Under the pieces are notes generated by a model that did not search any database, was not told where the DNA came from, and saw only the letters and a program-made list of their open reading frames with translations. This document shows positions 1 to 9,418 of a DNA stretch of 64,000 nucleotides, piece after piece (positions within the stretch are counted from its first letter, which is position 1; each line of letters begins with the position of its first letter). The stretch is taken from NCBI GenBank assembly GCA_963754955.1, contig CAVWHY010000002.1, positions 14,674 to 78,673 of the forward strand, given 5' to 3'. Source of the DNA: an uncultured Acidobacteriota bacterium (GTDB lineage Bacteria > Acidobacteriota > Vicinamibacteria > Vicinamibacterales > CAVVIG01). The position numbers and the translations under genes were made by a program.

Positions 1-186
1 CAGGAAGACCGCGGCGGCACGCAGATCATCCAGGCGCGGGTGCCGCTGTCGGAGATGTTCGGATACGCGACCGACCTCCGGTCGCGGACGCAGGGGCGCG
101 CGACGTACTCGATGCACTTCGATCGGTACGAGCAGGCGCCGCCGTCCACGAGCGAGGAAGTCGTGGCGAGGAATCAGGGGAAGTAG
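1..186 (+). CDS. fusA: Elongation factor G, C-terminal fragment (5' end outside window)
   Basis: Frame-1 translation ..[39 protein letters not shown] matches the conserved EF-G C-terminus. TAG at 184-186; rpsJ follows 10 nt later. Confidence 0.9.
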   Translation, partial: QEDRGGTQIIQARVPLSEMFGYATDLRSRTQGRATYSMHFDRYEQAPPSTSEEVVARNQGK

Positions 187-196
187 GACAGCACAT

Positions 197-535
<339 letters not shown>

Positions 536-536
536 A

Positions 537-608
537 GGTTCACGGTTCAGGGTTCAGGGTCAGGTTCGCCGTTTGAACCCTGAACGTTGAACCCTGAACC
601 TCTGAACC
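537..608 (+). repeat. Heptamer-periodic imperfect hairpin (unit GGTTCAG x4-5, loop GCCGTTT, complementary CTGAACC-type units)
   Basis: Read directly: ggttcac ggttcag ggttcag ggtcag gttc / gccgttt / gaac cctgaac gttgaac cctgaac ctctgaac. It fills the whole rpsJ-rplC spacer. Confidence 0.85.
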
Positions 609-621
609 GCGAGATCACTTT

Positions 622-1314
622 ATGGTTACAGGCATCATCGGCAGGAAAGTCGGCATGACGCAGGTGTTCGACGCCGACGGGACGGTGCACCCGGCCACGG
701 TCATCAAGGCCGGGCCGTGCGTCGTCGTGCAGGCGAAGAACAAGCAGAGGGACGGCTACGAGGCGGTGCAGCTGGGCCTTGTCGAAGAGCGCCCGGCGAA
801 AGTCGGCAAGGCGATGGCCGGGCACTACAAGAAGGCCAACGTGCCGCCGACGCGCGTGCGCCGCGAAGTGGCGCTGGCGCCGGCCGCGAAGGCCGACGAC
901 GCCGCCGTCAAGGCGGGCGATCAGGTGCTCGTCTCGATGTTCGCCGACGGCGAGCGCGTGGACATCATCGGCACCGGCCGCGGCAAGGGCTTCCAGGGCG
1001 TCGTCAAGCGTCACCACTTCGCCGGCGGCGCTGCGACGCACGGATCGATGTTCCACCGCGCCCCCGGTTCGATCGGCGCGTCGTCGTTTCCCTCCCGCGT
1101 GGTCAAGGGGATGCGCGCGGCCGGCCGCATGGGCGGCGGGCGCGTCACGATTCACAACCTGAAAGTCGTGCGCGTGGACGCGGAGAATCACCTGCTGCTC
1201 GTCGAAGGCGGCATTCCGGGCGCACCCGAGAGCTACGTGATCGTGCGCAAGGCGGTGACGGCCAAGCGCCTCAAGGTGGCGCAGGTCGAGAAGCCGAAAA
1301 AGGGCAAGAAGTAG
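622..1314 (+). CDS. rplC: 50S ribosomal protein L3
   Basis: ORF 622-1314, [32 protein letters not shown] is L3. Confidence 0.97.
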   Translation: MVTGIIGRKVGMTQVFDADGTVHPATVIKAGPCVVVQAKNKQRDGYEAVQLGLVEERPAKVGKAMAGHYKKANVPPTRVRREVALAPAAKADDAAVKAGDQVLVSMFADGERVDIIGTGRGKGFQGVVKRHHFAGGAATHGSMFHRAPGSIGASSFPSRVVKGMRAAGRMGGGRVTIHNLKVVRVDAENHLLLVEGGIPGAPESYVIVRKAVTAKRLKVAQVEKPKKGKK

Positions 1315-1315
1315 G

Positions 1316-1381
1316 GGCTCGTGGCTCGTGACTCGTGGCTCGGACGTTTCGAGCCACCAGCCACCAGCCGCCAGCCACGAG
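1316..1381 (+). repeat. Heptamer-periodic imperfect hairpin (GGCTCGT x4, loop GACGTTTC, CAGCCAC x4)
   Basis: ggctcgt ggctcgt gactcgt ggctcg / gacgtttc / gagccac cagccac cagccgc cagccac gag. C:C mismatches recur every 7 nt. It fills the rplC-rplD spacer. Confidence 0.85.
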
Positions 1382-1389
1382 AGACTCTT

Positions 1390-2010
1390 ATGCAATTTGA
1401 TGTCGTCAACAGCGAGAACCAGAAGGTCGGCAGCGTCGACGTCCGCGACGAGGTGTTCGGCGGGCGCGTGAACGCCGACCTGATTTGGGAGTCGGTCGTC
1501 CGCGAGAACGCGGCGGCCCGTCGCGGCACGCACGCGACCAAGAACCGCGCGCTCGTCAGCGGCAGCGGCAAGAAGCCGTGGCGCCAGAAGGGCACTGGCC
1601 GCGCGCGCGTCGGATCGTCCCGGACGCCGCTGTGGCGGCACGGCGGCACGGTGTTCGGGCCGCAGCCCCGCAGCTACGCGTTCGAGCTGCCGAAGAAAGT
1701 CGAGCGCGGCGCCCTGCGGTCGGCGATCGCGCAGAAGATGCAGGACGGCGCGCTCGTGGTGGTGGACCAGCTGACCGCGGCCGAGGTCAAGACGAAGACC
1801 GCCGTCGAGATGCTGAAGCGGCTGGGCGTGACCGGCAAGGCGGTCCTCATCGACGTCGCGATGGACGAGAAGCTGTCGAAGTCGGTGCGCAACATCGCCG
1901 GCGTGGCGTTCGTGCCGAGCGCCCGCGTCACGGCGCGCGACATCGTCAACGCGCAGCGGGTGGTGGCCACGCGCGGCGCGCTCGAGAAGCTGCAAGAGGT
2001 GCTCGCATGA
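1390..2010 (+). CDS. rplD: 50S ribosomal protein L4
   Basis: MQFDVVNSENQKVGSVDV..ATKNRALVSGSGKKPWRQKGTGRAR is L4. The ATG at 1390 lies inside track ORF 1321-2010; the upstream part of that ORF is the repeat element. Confidence 0.93.
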   Translation: MQFDVVNSENQKVGSVDVRDEVFGGRVNADLIWESVVRENAAARRGTHATKNRALVSGSGKKPWRQKGTGRARVGSSRTPLWRHGGTVFGPQPRSYAFELPKKVERGALRSAIAQKMQDGALVVVDQLTAAEVKTKTAVEMLKRLGVTGKAVLIDVAMDEKLSKSVRNIAGVAFVPSARVTARDIVNAQRVVATRGALEKLQEVLA

Positions 2011-2297
2011 AACTTGCCGACGTCATCCGCCGGCCGCTCATCACCGAGAAGACGTCCATCCAGCGTGAGGACGGCCGCACGCTCGTGTTCCAGGTGGCGC
2101 TCGACGCCAACAAGATCGAAATCCGGCGGGCGATCGAGACGCTGCTCGGCGCGAAAGTCGACAGCGTCCGGACGGGGATCGCGCACGGCAAGGAAAAGCG
2201 CCAGGGGCGCTACGCGGGCCGCCGGTCGGACTGGAAGAAGGCCTACGTGAAGCTGCGCGAAGGCGAGAAGATGCCGGAATTCCTGGAGGGCGCGTAA
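2007..2297 (+). CDS. rplW: 50S ribosomal protein L23
   Basis: [40 protein letters not shown] is L23. Its ATG overlaps the rplD stop (ATGA). Confidence 0.95.
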   Translation: MKLADVIRRPLITEKTSIQREDGRTLVFQVALDANKIEIRRAIETLLGAKVDSVRTGIAHGKEKRQGRYAGRRSDWKKAYVKLREGEKMPEFLEGA

Positions 2298-2298
2298 C

Positions 2299-3124
2299 AT
2301 GCCCATTCGCAAGTTCAATCCCACGTCGCCCGGGCGCCGGTTTCAGACCGGCCACGACTTCGACGAGATCACGACCTCGGAGCCGCACAAGCCGCTGGTC
2401 GAGACGCTCCATCAGTCGGGCGGGCGCAACAACCGCGGCAACCTCACGTCGTGGTGGCGCGGCGGCGGCCACAAGCGGATGTACCGCGTGATCGACTTCA
2501 AGCGGGACAAGCACGACATCCCGGCGAAGGTGTCGACCATCGAGTACGACCCGAACCGGTCCTCGCGCATCGCGCTCGTGACCTACGCGGACGGCGAGAA
2601 GCGCTACATCCTGCAGCCGAGCGGTCTGAAGGTGGGCGACACGATCGTGTCCGGCCAGAACGTGGACATCCTGCTCGGGCAACGCGCTGCCGCTGAAGAA
2701 CATCCCGCTCGGCACGCAGCTCCACAACGTCGAGCTGAAGCCCGGCAAGGGCGGGCAGATTGCGCGCAGCGCCGGATCGTCCGTGCAGCTGGTGGCCAAG
2801 GAAGGCCAGTACGCGTCGGTCAAGATGCCGTCGAGCGAGATTCGCAAGATCTTCAGCGAGTGCTACGCGACGATCGGCCAGGTCGGCAACATCGAGCACG
2901 AGAACGTCGCGATCGGCAAGGCCGGCCGCAGCCGGTGGATGGGCAAGCGCCCGCACGTCCGCGGCGTCGCCATGAACCCGGTCGACCATCCGCTGGGCGG
3001 CGGCGAAGGCAAGACGTCGGGCGGACGCCACCCCGTGTCGCCGTGGGGCCTGCCGACCAAGGGCTACAAGACGCGCAACCGCAAGACCACCGATCAATAC
3101 ATCGTCACGCGGAGACAGAAGTAA
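2299..3124 (+). CDS. rplB: 50S ribosomal protein L2, frame broken by one extra base near 2677-2680
   Basis: The N-terminus (ORF from 2299) and the C-terminus ..[24 protein letters not shown].. (ORF 2783-3124) are both L2. The frames join as ..VDILLG|[25 protein letters not shown]... Length 826 = 3n+1. Confidence 0.9.
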
Positions 3125-3467
3125 TGAGCCGCTCAACCAAGAAAGGTCCGTTCGTCGATACGCCGCTCCTCGAGAAGATCGAGGTGATGAACCGCGGATC
3201 CGAGCGGAAGGTCATCAAGACGTGGTCGCGCCGGTCCACGGTGATCCCCGAGATGGTGGGACACACGCTGGCCGTGCACAACGGCAAGAAGTTCATCCCC
3301 GTGTACGTGACCGAGAACATGGTCGGCCACAAGCTGGGCGAGTTCGCGCCGACGCGGCAGTTCAAGGGTCACACGACGAAGGTGGCGGAGCGGGCGGCCC
3401 AGGCCGCGGCGGCGCCTGGCGCGCCGGGCGGCGCGGCGGCGGCAAGCCGGCCGGCGCGTCGAGCTAG
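3124..3467 (+). CDS. rpsS: 30S ribosomal protein S19, 3' end uncertain (no in-frame stop as sequenced)
   Basis: [50 protein letters not shown] is S19. The ATG overlaps the rplB stop. The nearest plausible stop, TAG 3465-3467, is in another frame (length 3n+2), which implies an indel in the GC-rich tail at about 3400-3460. Confidence 0.8.
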
Positions 3468-3480
3468 GCGGAGAGCAGCG

Positions 3481-3898
3481 ATGATACAAGCGCAGGCAAC
3501 CTCTCGATACATCCGGACCTCGGCGCAGAAGGCCGGGCTCGTGCTCGATCTCATCCGCGGCAAGGACGTCAACCGCGCGCTGGCGACGCTCGAGTTCGCG
3601 CGCAAGTCGGTGGCGGAGGACATCGCGAAGCTGCTCCGGTCGGCGATTGCGAACGCGCAGCAGAAGGACGGCTTCAGCGGCGACGTGGACCGGCTGTTCG
3701 TGTCCGCGTGCTACGCGAACCAGGGGCCGTCGCAGAAGCGCGTGCGGCCGGCGCCGATGGGCCGGGCGTTTCGCGTCCTGAAGCGCACCGCGCACCTGAC
3801 CGTGCACGTCTCGGAGCGGCCGCAGAAGGCTGTGGCCGTGGCGGCGGGCGAAACGAAAAAGCGGGCGCAGAACCCCGAAGAAAGCTGCGAAGGAGTAA
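3481..3898 (+). CDS. rplV: 50S ribosomal protein L22, one extra base near the 3' end
   Basis: [39 protein letters not shown] is L22, with GGAG 9 nt upstream. TAA 3896-3898 is reached if one base is dropped, for example in the C-run 3873-3876, giving ..AQNPKKAAKE*. Length 3n+1. Confidence 0.82.
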
Positions 3899-3900
3899 CC

Positions 3901-4590
3901 GTGGGCCAGAAGGTTCATCCGTTCGGATTCCGGCTCGGCTTCAACAAGACGTGGCGGTCGCGCTGGTACTCCGACCGCGACTACGCGAAGCTGCTGCACG
4001 AGGACCTGGCGCTGCGGTCGACGCTGAAGAAGCGCTTCGCGCACGCCGGCGTCTCGAAGATCGAGACCGAGCGCGCCGCCAACAAGCTGAAGATCGACAT
4101 CTACACCTCGCGGCCCGGGATCATCATCGGCCGCAAGGGCACCGAAGTCGACAAGCTGAAGCAGGAAATCCAGAAGCGCACCAACCGCGAGGTGTTCATC
4201 AACATCCAGGAGATCCAGAAGCCGGAGCTCGATGCCCAGCTCATCTCCGAGTCGGTGGCGATGCAGCTCGAAAAGCGCGTGGCGTTCCGGCGCGCGATGC
4301 GCAAGGCGGTCGAGTCGGCGCTGCGGTTCGGCGCCCGCGGGATCAAGGTGCGCGTGTCGGGCCGGCTGAACGGCGCGGAAATCGCGCGGTCCGAGTGGTA
4401 CCTGCACGGCCAGCTGCCGCTGCAGACGCTGCGCGCGGACATCGACTACGGGTTCGCTGAAGCCAACACGACCTACGGCCAGATCGGCATCAAGGTGTGG
4501 CTGTACAAGGGCGAGCGGCTCGTGCCGCAACGCGGGCGTGAAGAAGAGTACCGAGAGCGGGCCCCACGCCGACCGGCGGCGCGGGCCTAG
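3901..4590 (+). CDS. rpsC: 30S ribosomal protein S3
   Basis: GTG start; [39 protein letters not shown] is S3 (KH domain). 230 codons, intact. Confidence 0.95.
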   Translation: MGQKVHPFGFRLGFNKTWRSRWYSDRDYAKLLHEDLALRSTLKKRFAHAGVSKIETERAANKLKIDIYTSRPGIIIGRKGTEVDKLKQEIQKRTNREVFINIQEIQKPELDAQLISESVAMQLEKRVAFRRAMRKAVESALRFGARGIKVRVSGRLNGAEIARSEWYLHGQLPLQTLRADIDYGFAEANTTYGQIGIKVWLYKGERLVPQRGREEEYRERAPRRPAARA

Positions 4591-4605
4591 GAGAATTGAG
4601 TATTT

Positions 4606-4703
4606 AGTCATCTGGTCATCTGGTCATCTAGTCATCGTTTGCCAATTGAGCCATTTCACAATTGAGCAACGATGACCAGATGACCAAATGACCAAATGAC
4701 CAG
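4606..4703 (+). repeat. Octamer-built hairpin element, copy 1 (4x GGTCATCT, apical CAATTG stem-loop, 4x AGATGACC)
   Basis: agtcatct ggtcatct ggtcatct agtcatcg .. caattg agccatttca caattg .. cgatgacc agatgacc aaatgacc aaatgacc ag. It ends 15 nt before the rplP ATG. Confidence 0.9.
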
Positions 4704-4718
4704 ATTCGAGATCGCATT

Positions 4719-5145
4719 ATGTTGATGCCGAAGAAGGTCAAGTTCAGGAAACAGCAGCGCGGGCGCATGCGCGGCAAGGCGTGGCGCGGCGGCGACGTGT
4801 CGTTCGGCGACTACGGGCTGAAAGCGCTCGAGCCGTGCTGGCTGACCGACCGCCAGATCGAGGCGGCGCGCGTCGCGATGACGCGGTTCGTCGCGCGCGG
4901 CGGGAAGATCTGGGTGCGCGTGTTCCCCGACAAGCCGATCACGAAGAAGCCGCAGGAAACCCGCATGGGCAAGGGCAAGGGCGCCCCCGAGCAGTGGGTG
5001 GCCGTCGTGAAGCCGGGACGGGTGCTGTTCGAGATGGAAGGCGTGAGCGAGAAGGACGCGCGCGAAGCGATGAAGCTGGCGGCCGCGAAGCTGCCGATTC
5101 TCACGAAGTTCGCGACCCGCTTCTGCGCAGGAGAGAATCCAATGA
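4719..5145 (+). CDS. rplP: 50S ribosomal protein L16, one extra base near the 3' end
   Basis: [45 protein letters not shown] is L16. As sequenced it reads through into rpmC. TGA 5143-5145 is reached after removing one base at about 5117-5125. Length 3n+1. Confidence 0.85.
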
Positions 5146-5334
5146 AGGCCGCGGAACTGCGCGCCCTGGGCGCCGACGAGCTCAACGCGAAGGTGCGCGA
5201 ACTGACCGATCAGCTGTTTCGCCTGCGCATCCAGAAGTCCATGGGACAGCTCGAGGCGCCGGCCAAAGTGAAGATCCGTGCGCCGCGACCTCGCGCGGGT
5301 CAAGACGGTGCTGCAGCAGCAGAAGGCGGGATAG
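5142..5334 (+). CDS. rpmC: 50S ribosomal protein L29, one extra base about 5280
   Basis: [37 protein letters not shown].., then after the shift ..[17 protein letters not shown] (typical L29 end). Length 193 = 3n+1. Confidence 0.85.
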
Positions 5335-5590
5335 ATGGCGACGAAATCCGAGAAAACCGGCGTGGTCGTGAGCAACAAGATGACGAAGAGCATCGTCGTC
5401 GCCGTGGAGTGGCAGGTGCGCCACGGGCTCTACGGGAAAACCGAGCGGCGGACGTCGAAGTTCATGGTCCACGACGAGGAAAATACCGCCAAAGTCGGTG
5501 ACATCGTCGAGATCGTCGAAACGCAGGCCGCTCAGCCGCAGCAAACGCTGGGCGCTCAAGCGCGTGGTGCGGCAGGCGGCGGAGGTCTAA
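5335..5590 (+). CDS. rpsQ: 30S ribosomal protein S17, one extra base about 5525
   Basis: [48 protein letters not shown], then after the shift [21 protein letters not shown]. Length 256 = 3n+1. Confidence 0.88.
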
Positions 5591-5592
5591 CC

Positions 5593-5961
5593 ATGATTCA
5601 GATGCGATCGATCCTCGACGTCGCCGACAACTCGGGCGCCCGCAAGATCGCGGTGATCAACCCGATCGGCGGGTCGACGGGCCGCTACGCGCGCCTCGGC
5701 GACATCGTCACCGCGTCGGTCAAGGAAGCGACGCCCGAGGGCAACGTCAAGAAGGGCGCCGTCGTGAAGGCGGTCATCGTGCGCACCGTCAAGGAGCAGC
5801 GCCGGCGCGACGGCAGCTACATCCGCTTCGATCGCAACGCGGCCGTGCTGATCAACGATCAGAACGAGCCCATCGGCACCCGCGTGTTCGGTCCCGTCGC
5901 CCGCGAACTGCGCGAGCGCCGGTTCATGAAGATCATTTCGCTCGCGCCGGAGGTCCTGTAG
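5593..5961 (+). CDS. rplN: 50S ribosomal protein L14
   Basis: [41 protein letters not shown] is L14. 123 codons. Confidence 0.96.
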   Translation: MIQMRSILDVADNSGARKIAVINPIGGSTGRYARLGDIVTASVKEATPEGNVKKGAVVKAVIVRTVKEQRRRDGSYIRFDRNAAVLINDQNEPIGTRVFGPVARELRERRFMKIISLAPEVL

Positions 5962-5965
5962 GGAC

Positions 5966-6298
5966 ATGTCCAGCTTAGCAACGCCGATTCGCAAGAACGA
6001 CAACGTGCTGGTGATTACCGGCAAGGATCGCGGCAAGCGCGGGCGCGTGCTGCGCGTGCTGCCCGACAAGAACCGGTTGATCATCGAGGGCGTGAACCTG
6101 ATCAAGCGCCACACGAAGCCGAACCCCGGCAAGAACGTCAAGGGCGGCATCGTCGAGCGCGAGGCATCGCTGCACGCGTCGAACGTGCAGCTGGTGTGCC
6201 CGGAGTGCGGAGCGCAGACGCGCGTCGGCCGCAAGATTCTCGGCGACGGCCGGAAGGTGCGTATCTGCCGCAAGTGCGAGGGAGTGGTGGACAAATGA
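5966..6298 (+). CDS. rplX: 50S ribosomal protein L24 (with C-terminal CxxC..CxxC zinc ribbon)
   Basis: ORF 5966-6298, [22 protein letters not shown] (KOW) plus CPECG..CRKCEG. Confidence 0.95.
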   Translation: MSSLATPIRKNDNVLVITGKDRGKRGRVLRVLPDKNRLIIEGVNLIKRHTKPNPGKNVKGGIVEREASLHASNVQLVCPECGAQTRVGRKILGDGRKVRICRKCEGVVDK

Positions 6299-6838
6299 GC
6301 CGCCTGAAGGAGCGCTATCAGCAGGACGTCATCCCGGCCGCTGAAGAAGGAGTTCGGGTACACCAACGTCATGGCCGTCCCGAAGATCCAGAAAGTCGTC
6401 GTCAACATGGGCCTCGGCGAGGCGACGTCGAACGTGAAGATCATCGACACGGGCGCCGACGAGCTCGGACGAATCACGGGGCAGAAGCCGGTGACGCGCC
6501 GGTCGAAGAAGTCGATCGCGCAGTTCAAGGTCCGCAAGGGCCAGCCGGTCGGGACGATGGTCACGCTGCGCGGCGCGCGCATGTGGGAGTTCCTCGACCG
6601 CCTGATGAACATCGCGCTGCCGCGCGTGCGCGACTTCAAGGGCGTCTCGCCCAAGGGCTTCGACGGACGCGGCAATTACACGCTCGGCCTGCGCGACCAG
6701 CTGCTGTTCCCGGAGATCGACTACATGAAGGTCGACAAGGCGCGCGGCATGAACGTCTCGGTCGTCACCACGGCCAAGACGGACGAAGAGGCGAGGAAGC
6801 TGCTGCAGTTCATGGGCATGCCGTTCAGGCAGAACTGA
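6295..6838 (+). CDS. rplE: 50S ribosomal protein L5, one extra base about 6338
   Basis: [15 protein letters not shown], then after the shift [28 protein letters not shown].. (ORF 6371-6838). The ATG overlaps the rplX stop. Length 544 = 3n+1. Confidence 0.9.
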
Positions 6839-6843
6839 CGCGC

Positions 6844-6885
6844 AGGTCACAGGGCAAAAGGCACACGGCAGAGGGCAAAGGGTTA
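6844..6885 (+). repeat. Single-arm heptamer array (AGGGCAA-type x6) running into the rpsN start codon
   Basis: aggtcac agggcaa aaggcac acggcag agggcaa agggtta|tg. Confidence 0.8.
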
Positions 6886-7070
6886 TGGCAACGACGGCCA
6901 AGATCGCGAAAGAACAGAAGAAGCCGAAGTATAAGGTCCGGCTGCGCAACCGCTGCCACCTGTGCGGCCGTCCGCGCGCGTACATGCGGAAGTTCGCGCT
7001 GTGCCGCCTGTGCTTCCGCAAGTTGGCGCTCGAGGGCGACGTCACGGGCGTTACGAAGAGTAGCTGGTGA
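6885..7070 (+). CDS. rpsN: 30S ribosomal protein S14, zinc-binding type Z
   Basis: 61 aa, ..[28 protein letters not shown].. Confidence 0.96.
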   Translation: MATTAKIAKEQKKPKYKVRLRNRCHLCGRPRAYMRKFALCRLCFRKLALEGDVTGVTKSSW

Positions 7071-7074
7071 ATAG

Positions 7075-7170
7075 AGTCATCTGATCATCTGGTCATCTCG
7101 TCTTCGTCGATCAATTGAGCACTTGCAATTGAGCAACGATGACCAGACGACCAGATGACCAAACGACCAG
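7075..7170 (+). repeat. Octamer-built hairpin element, copy 2
   Basis: agtcatct gatcatct ggtcatct cgtcttcg .. caattg agcacttg caattg .. cgatgacc agacgacc agatgacc aaacgacc ag. It ends 19 nt before the rpsH ATG. Confidence 0.9.
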
Positions 7171-7189
7171 ATGAAGTGAGATAGCAGAT

Positions 7190-7600
7190 ATGACTGATCC
7201 GATCGCAGACATGCTCACGCGGATCCGGAATGCCGTGAGCGCGAAGCACACACGCGTCGACATGCCGGCCTCGCGCATCAAGGCCGACATCGCCCGCATC
7301 CTGCAGGACGAGGGCTACATCCAGGGCTTCAAGGTCCTGGACGCGCCGCCCGGCCAGACGACGGCCGTCAGCAAGGTGCTGCGGGTGTTCCTGAAGTACG
7401 GGCCGCACGGCGAGCGGCTCATCACCGGCGTCGAGCGGATCAGCCGCCCCGGCCGCCGTGTCTATTTCGGCCACGACGACGTGCCGGAGGTGCTGGCCGG
7501 GCTCGGCACCAGCATCCTGACCACGTCGCGCGGCGTGATGACCGGGCGGGAAGCCGTCAAGGTCGGCGTCGGCGGCGAAGTGCTCTGTAATATCTGGTAG
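7190..7600 (+). CDS. rpsH: 30S ribosomal protein S8
   Basis: [43 protein letters not shown] is S8. Confidence 0.97.
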   Translation: MTDPIADMLTRIRNAVSAKHTRVDMPASRIKADIARILQDEGYIQGFKVLDAPPGQTTAVSKVLRVFLKYGPHGERLITGVERISRPGRRVYFGHDDVPEVLAGLGTSILTTSRGVMTGREAVKVGVGGEVLCNIW

Positions 7601-7634
7601 GACGCGCGACCACCACGAGCGACGGGAAACGAAC

Positions 7635-8175
7635 ATGTCACGTATAGGCAAAAAACCGATCACGATTCCGAAGGGCGTCACCGTCAAGGTCGCCGACGGC
7701 GCGGTCGAAGTGCAGGGCCCGAAGGGCAAGATGCGGCAGCCGTTTCCGGCCGGCATCAACTTCGAGCTCGCGGACGGCGCGCTGCACGGCGAAGCGGTCG
7801 ACCGCCGACCCGGAGCTCGCCAAGTACCACGGCCTGGCGCGCAGTCTGATCGCCAACGCGGTGCAGGGCGTCACCGAAGGCTTCAAGAAGGAGCTCGACA
7901 TCGTCGGCGTCGGCTACCGCGCGGAGCTAAAGGGCAAGCAGGTGATTTTCGCCCTGGGCTACTCGCACGCCGTCGTCTTCGACATTCCGACGGGTATCGA
8001 CGTCGCGATCGACAAGCAGACGCACATCACGGTGACGGGCGTCGATCGGCAGCTGGTCGGCCAGGTGGCGGCGAACATCCGGCGCCTGCGGGAGCCGGAT
8101 CCCTACAAGCAGAAGGGCGTTCGGTACACCGGCGAAGTGCTGAAGAAGAAGGCCGGCAAGACCGGGGCGAAATAG
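7635..8175 (+). CDS. rplF: 50S ribosomal protein L6, one extra base about 7785
   Basis: [19 protein letters not shown].., then ORF 7861-8175 ..[23 protein letters not shown]... Length 541 = 3n+1. Confidence 0.9.
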
Positions 8176-8177
8176 AC

Positions 8178-8552
8178 ATGAAGATTCATACGAAAGCCGA
8201 TCGCCGCGAGCGGATTCACCTCCGCCAGCGCAAGCGGATCACGGGAACGACGGAGCGGCCGCGCCTGAGCGTGTTCCGCAGCGTGTCGCACATCTACGCG
8301 CAGGTCATCGACGACCTGAGCGGCAAGACGCTGGCGTCGGCGTCGTCCACCGATCCGAAGCTGAAGGGCGCGTTCGAGAAGGACGTGCGCGGCGGCAACA
8401 TCAAGGGCGCCGAGGCGATCGGCAAAGCCATCGCCGAGCGATCGATCGACAAGGGCATCAAGCGCGTCGTCTTCGACCGCGGCGGGAACCTGTATCACGG
8501 GCGGATTCGCGCTGTCGCGGATGCCGCACGCAAAGCCGGTCTGGAGTTCTAA
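8178..8552 (+). CDS. rplR: 50S ribosomal protein L18
   Basis: [57 protein letters not shown] is L18. Confidence 0.95.
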   Translation: MKIHTKADRRERIHLRQRKRITGTTERPRLSVFRSVSHIYAQVIDDLSGKTLASASSTDPKLKGAFEKDVRGGNIKGAEAIGKAIAERSIDKGIKRVVFDRGGNLYHGRIRAVADAARKAGLEF

Positions 8553-9071
8553 ATGTTCAGTCGTGAACGCATCGATCCGTCGCAGCTCGACATCAAGGAC
8601 ACCGTCGTCTCGATCAACCGCGTGACCAAGGTTGTCAAGGGCGGCAAGAACCTGAGCTTCAGCGCCCTGGTCGTCGTCGGCGACGGACACGGCGTCGTCG
8701 GGTTCGGCATCGGCAAGGCGAAGGAAGTGCCCTCCGCCATCAAGAAGGGCATCGAGGCGGCGAAGAAGAACCTGATTCGCGTGCCGCTCAAGGGCACCAC
8801 CATCCCGCACCGCATCGTCGGCAAGTTCGGCGCGGGCGCGGTGCTGCTGAAGCCGGCGCCGGACGGCACGGGCATCATCGCGGGCGGCGCGGTCCGCGCC
8901 GTCGTCGAGGCCTGCGGGGTGACGAACATCCTGACGAAGTCGCTGGGATCGGCCAACCCCCACAACGTGGTGCGCGCGACGTTCACGGGGCTCAAATCGC
9001 TGCAGGATCCGCTGAGCATCGCGAGGCTCCGCGGCAAGGACCTCGATCAGCTGGTTCCGGCGAACGCATAG
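8553..9071 (+). CDS. rpsE: 30S ribosomal protein S5
   Basis: ORF 8553-9071, ..[39 protein letters not shown].. Confidence 0.97.
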   Translation: MFSRERIDPSQLDIKDTVVSINRVTKVVKGGKNLSFSALVVVGDGHGVVGFGIGKAKEVPSAIKKGIEAAKKNLIRVPLKGTTIPHRIVGKFGAGAVLLKPAPDGTGIIAGGAVRAVVEACGVTNILTKSLGSANPHNVVRATFTGLKSLQDPLSIARLRGKDLDQLVPANA

Positions 9072-9088
9072 GATTCGGAGATACAGAA

Positions 9089-9289
9089 GTGGCCAACGAA
9101 CGGACGGATAGCAAAGGCGGCATCGTCAAGGTGACGCTGGTGAGGAGCCCGACCGGCTTCGACCGCAAGCAGTCGACGACGGTCACGAGCCTGGGGCTGC
9201 GGCGCATTCGCCACACGGTCGAGTTGAAGGACACGCCGGCCGTGCGGGGCATGATTCACAAGGTCCGTCACCTGGTGACGGTGGAATAG
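9089..9289 (+). CDS. rpmD: 50S ribosomal protein L30
   Basis: GTG start; ..[38 protein letters not shown]. Confidence 0.93.
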   Translation: MANERTDSKGGIVKVTLVRSPTGFDRKQSTTVTSLGLRRIRHTVELKDTPAVRGMIHKVRHLVTVE

Positions 9290-9302
9290 TGATGGTGAAT
9301 GT

Positions 9303-9402
9303 GGTCATCTCATCATCTGGTCATCTCGTCATCGTCTCGATCAATTGAGACATTGGACAGTTGATCGACGATGACCAGATGACGAGATGACCACATGACC
9401 AG
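9303..9402 (+). repeat. Octamer-built hairpin element, copy 3
   Basis: ggtcatct catcatct ggtcatct cgtcatcg .. caattg agacattgga cagttg .. cgatgacc agatgacg agatgacc acatgacc ag. It ends 16 nt before the rplO ATG. Confidence 0.9.
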
Positions 9403-9418
9403 ATTCGAGAGAGCATTT

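Noticed and set aside
2299-4590. A 763-aa ORF that looks like a fused L2-S19-L22-S3 polyprotein.
   Set aside because: It is produced by a frameshift in rplB and by missing in-frame stops for rpsS and rplV. Each constituent gene has its own start, its own RBS and a plausible stop one frame away. It is an artefact of indels, not a fusion.
2677-5525. Programmed ribosomal frameshifting in ribosomal protein genes.
   Set aside because: There are no slippery heptamers or stimulatory structures at the sites. The same +1 insertion signature occurs in about 25 unrelated genes, and there is no precedent for these genes.
4606-9402. Whether the repeated 7-8-nt units could be a CRISPR array.
   Set aside because: The units are far too short, are directly abutting without spacers, and are arranged as inverted arms. 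No cas genes are present in the window.
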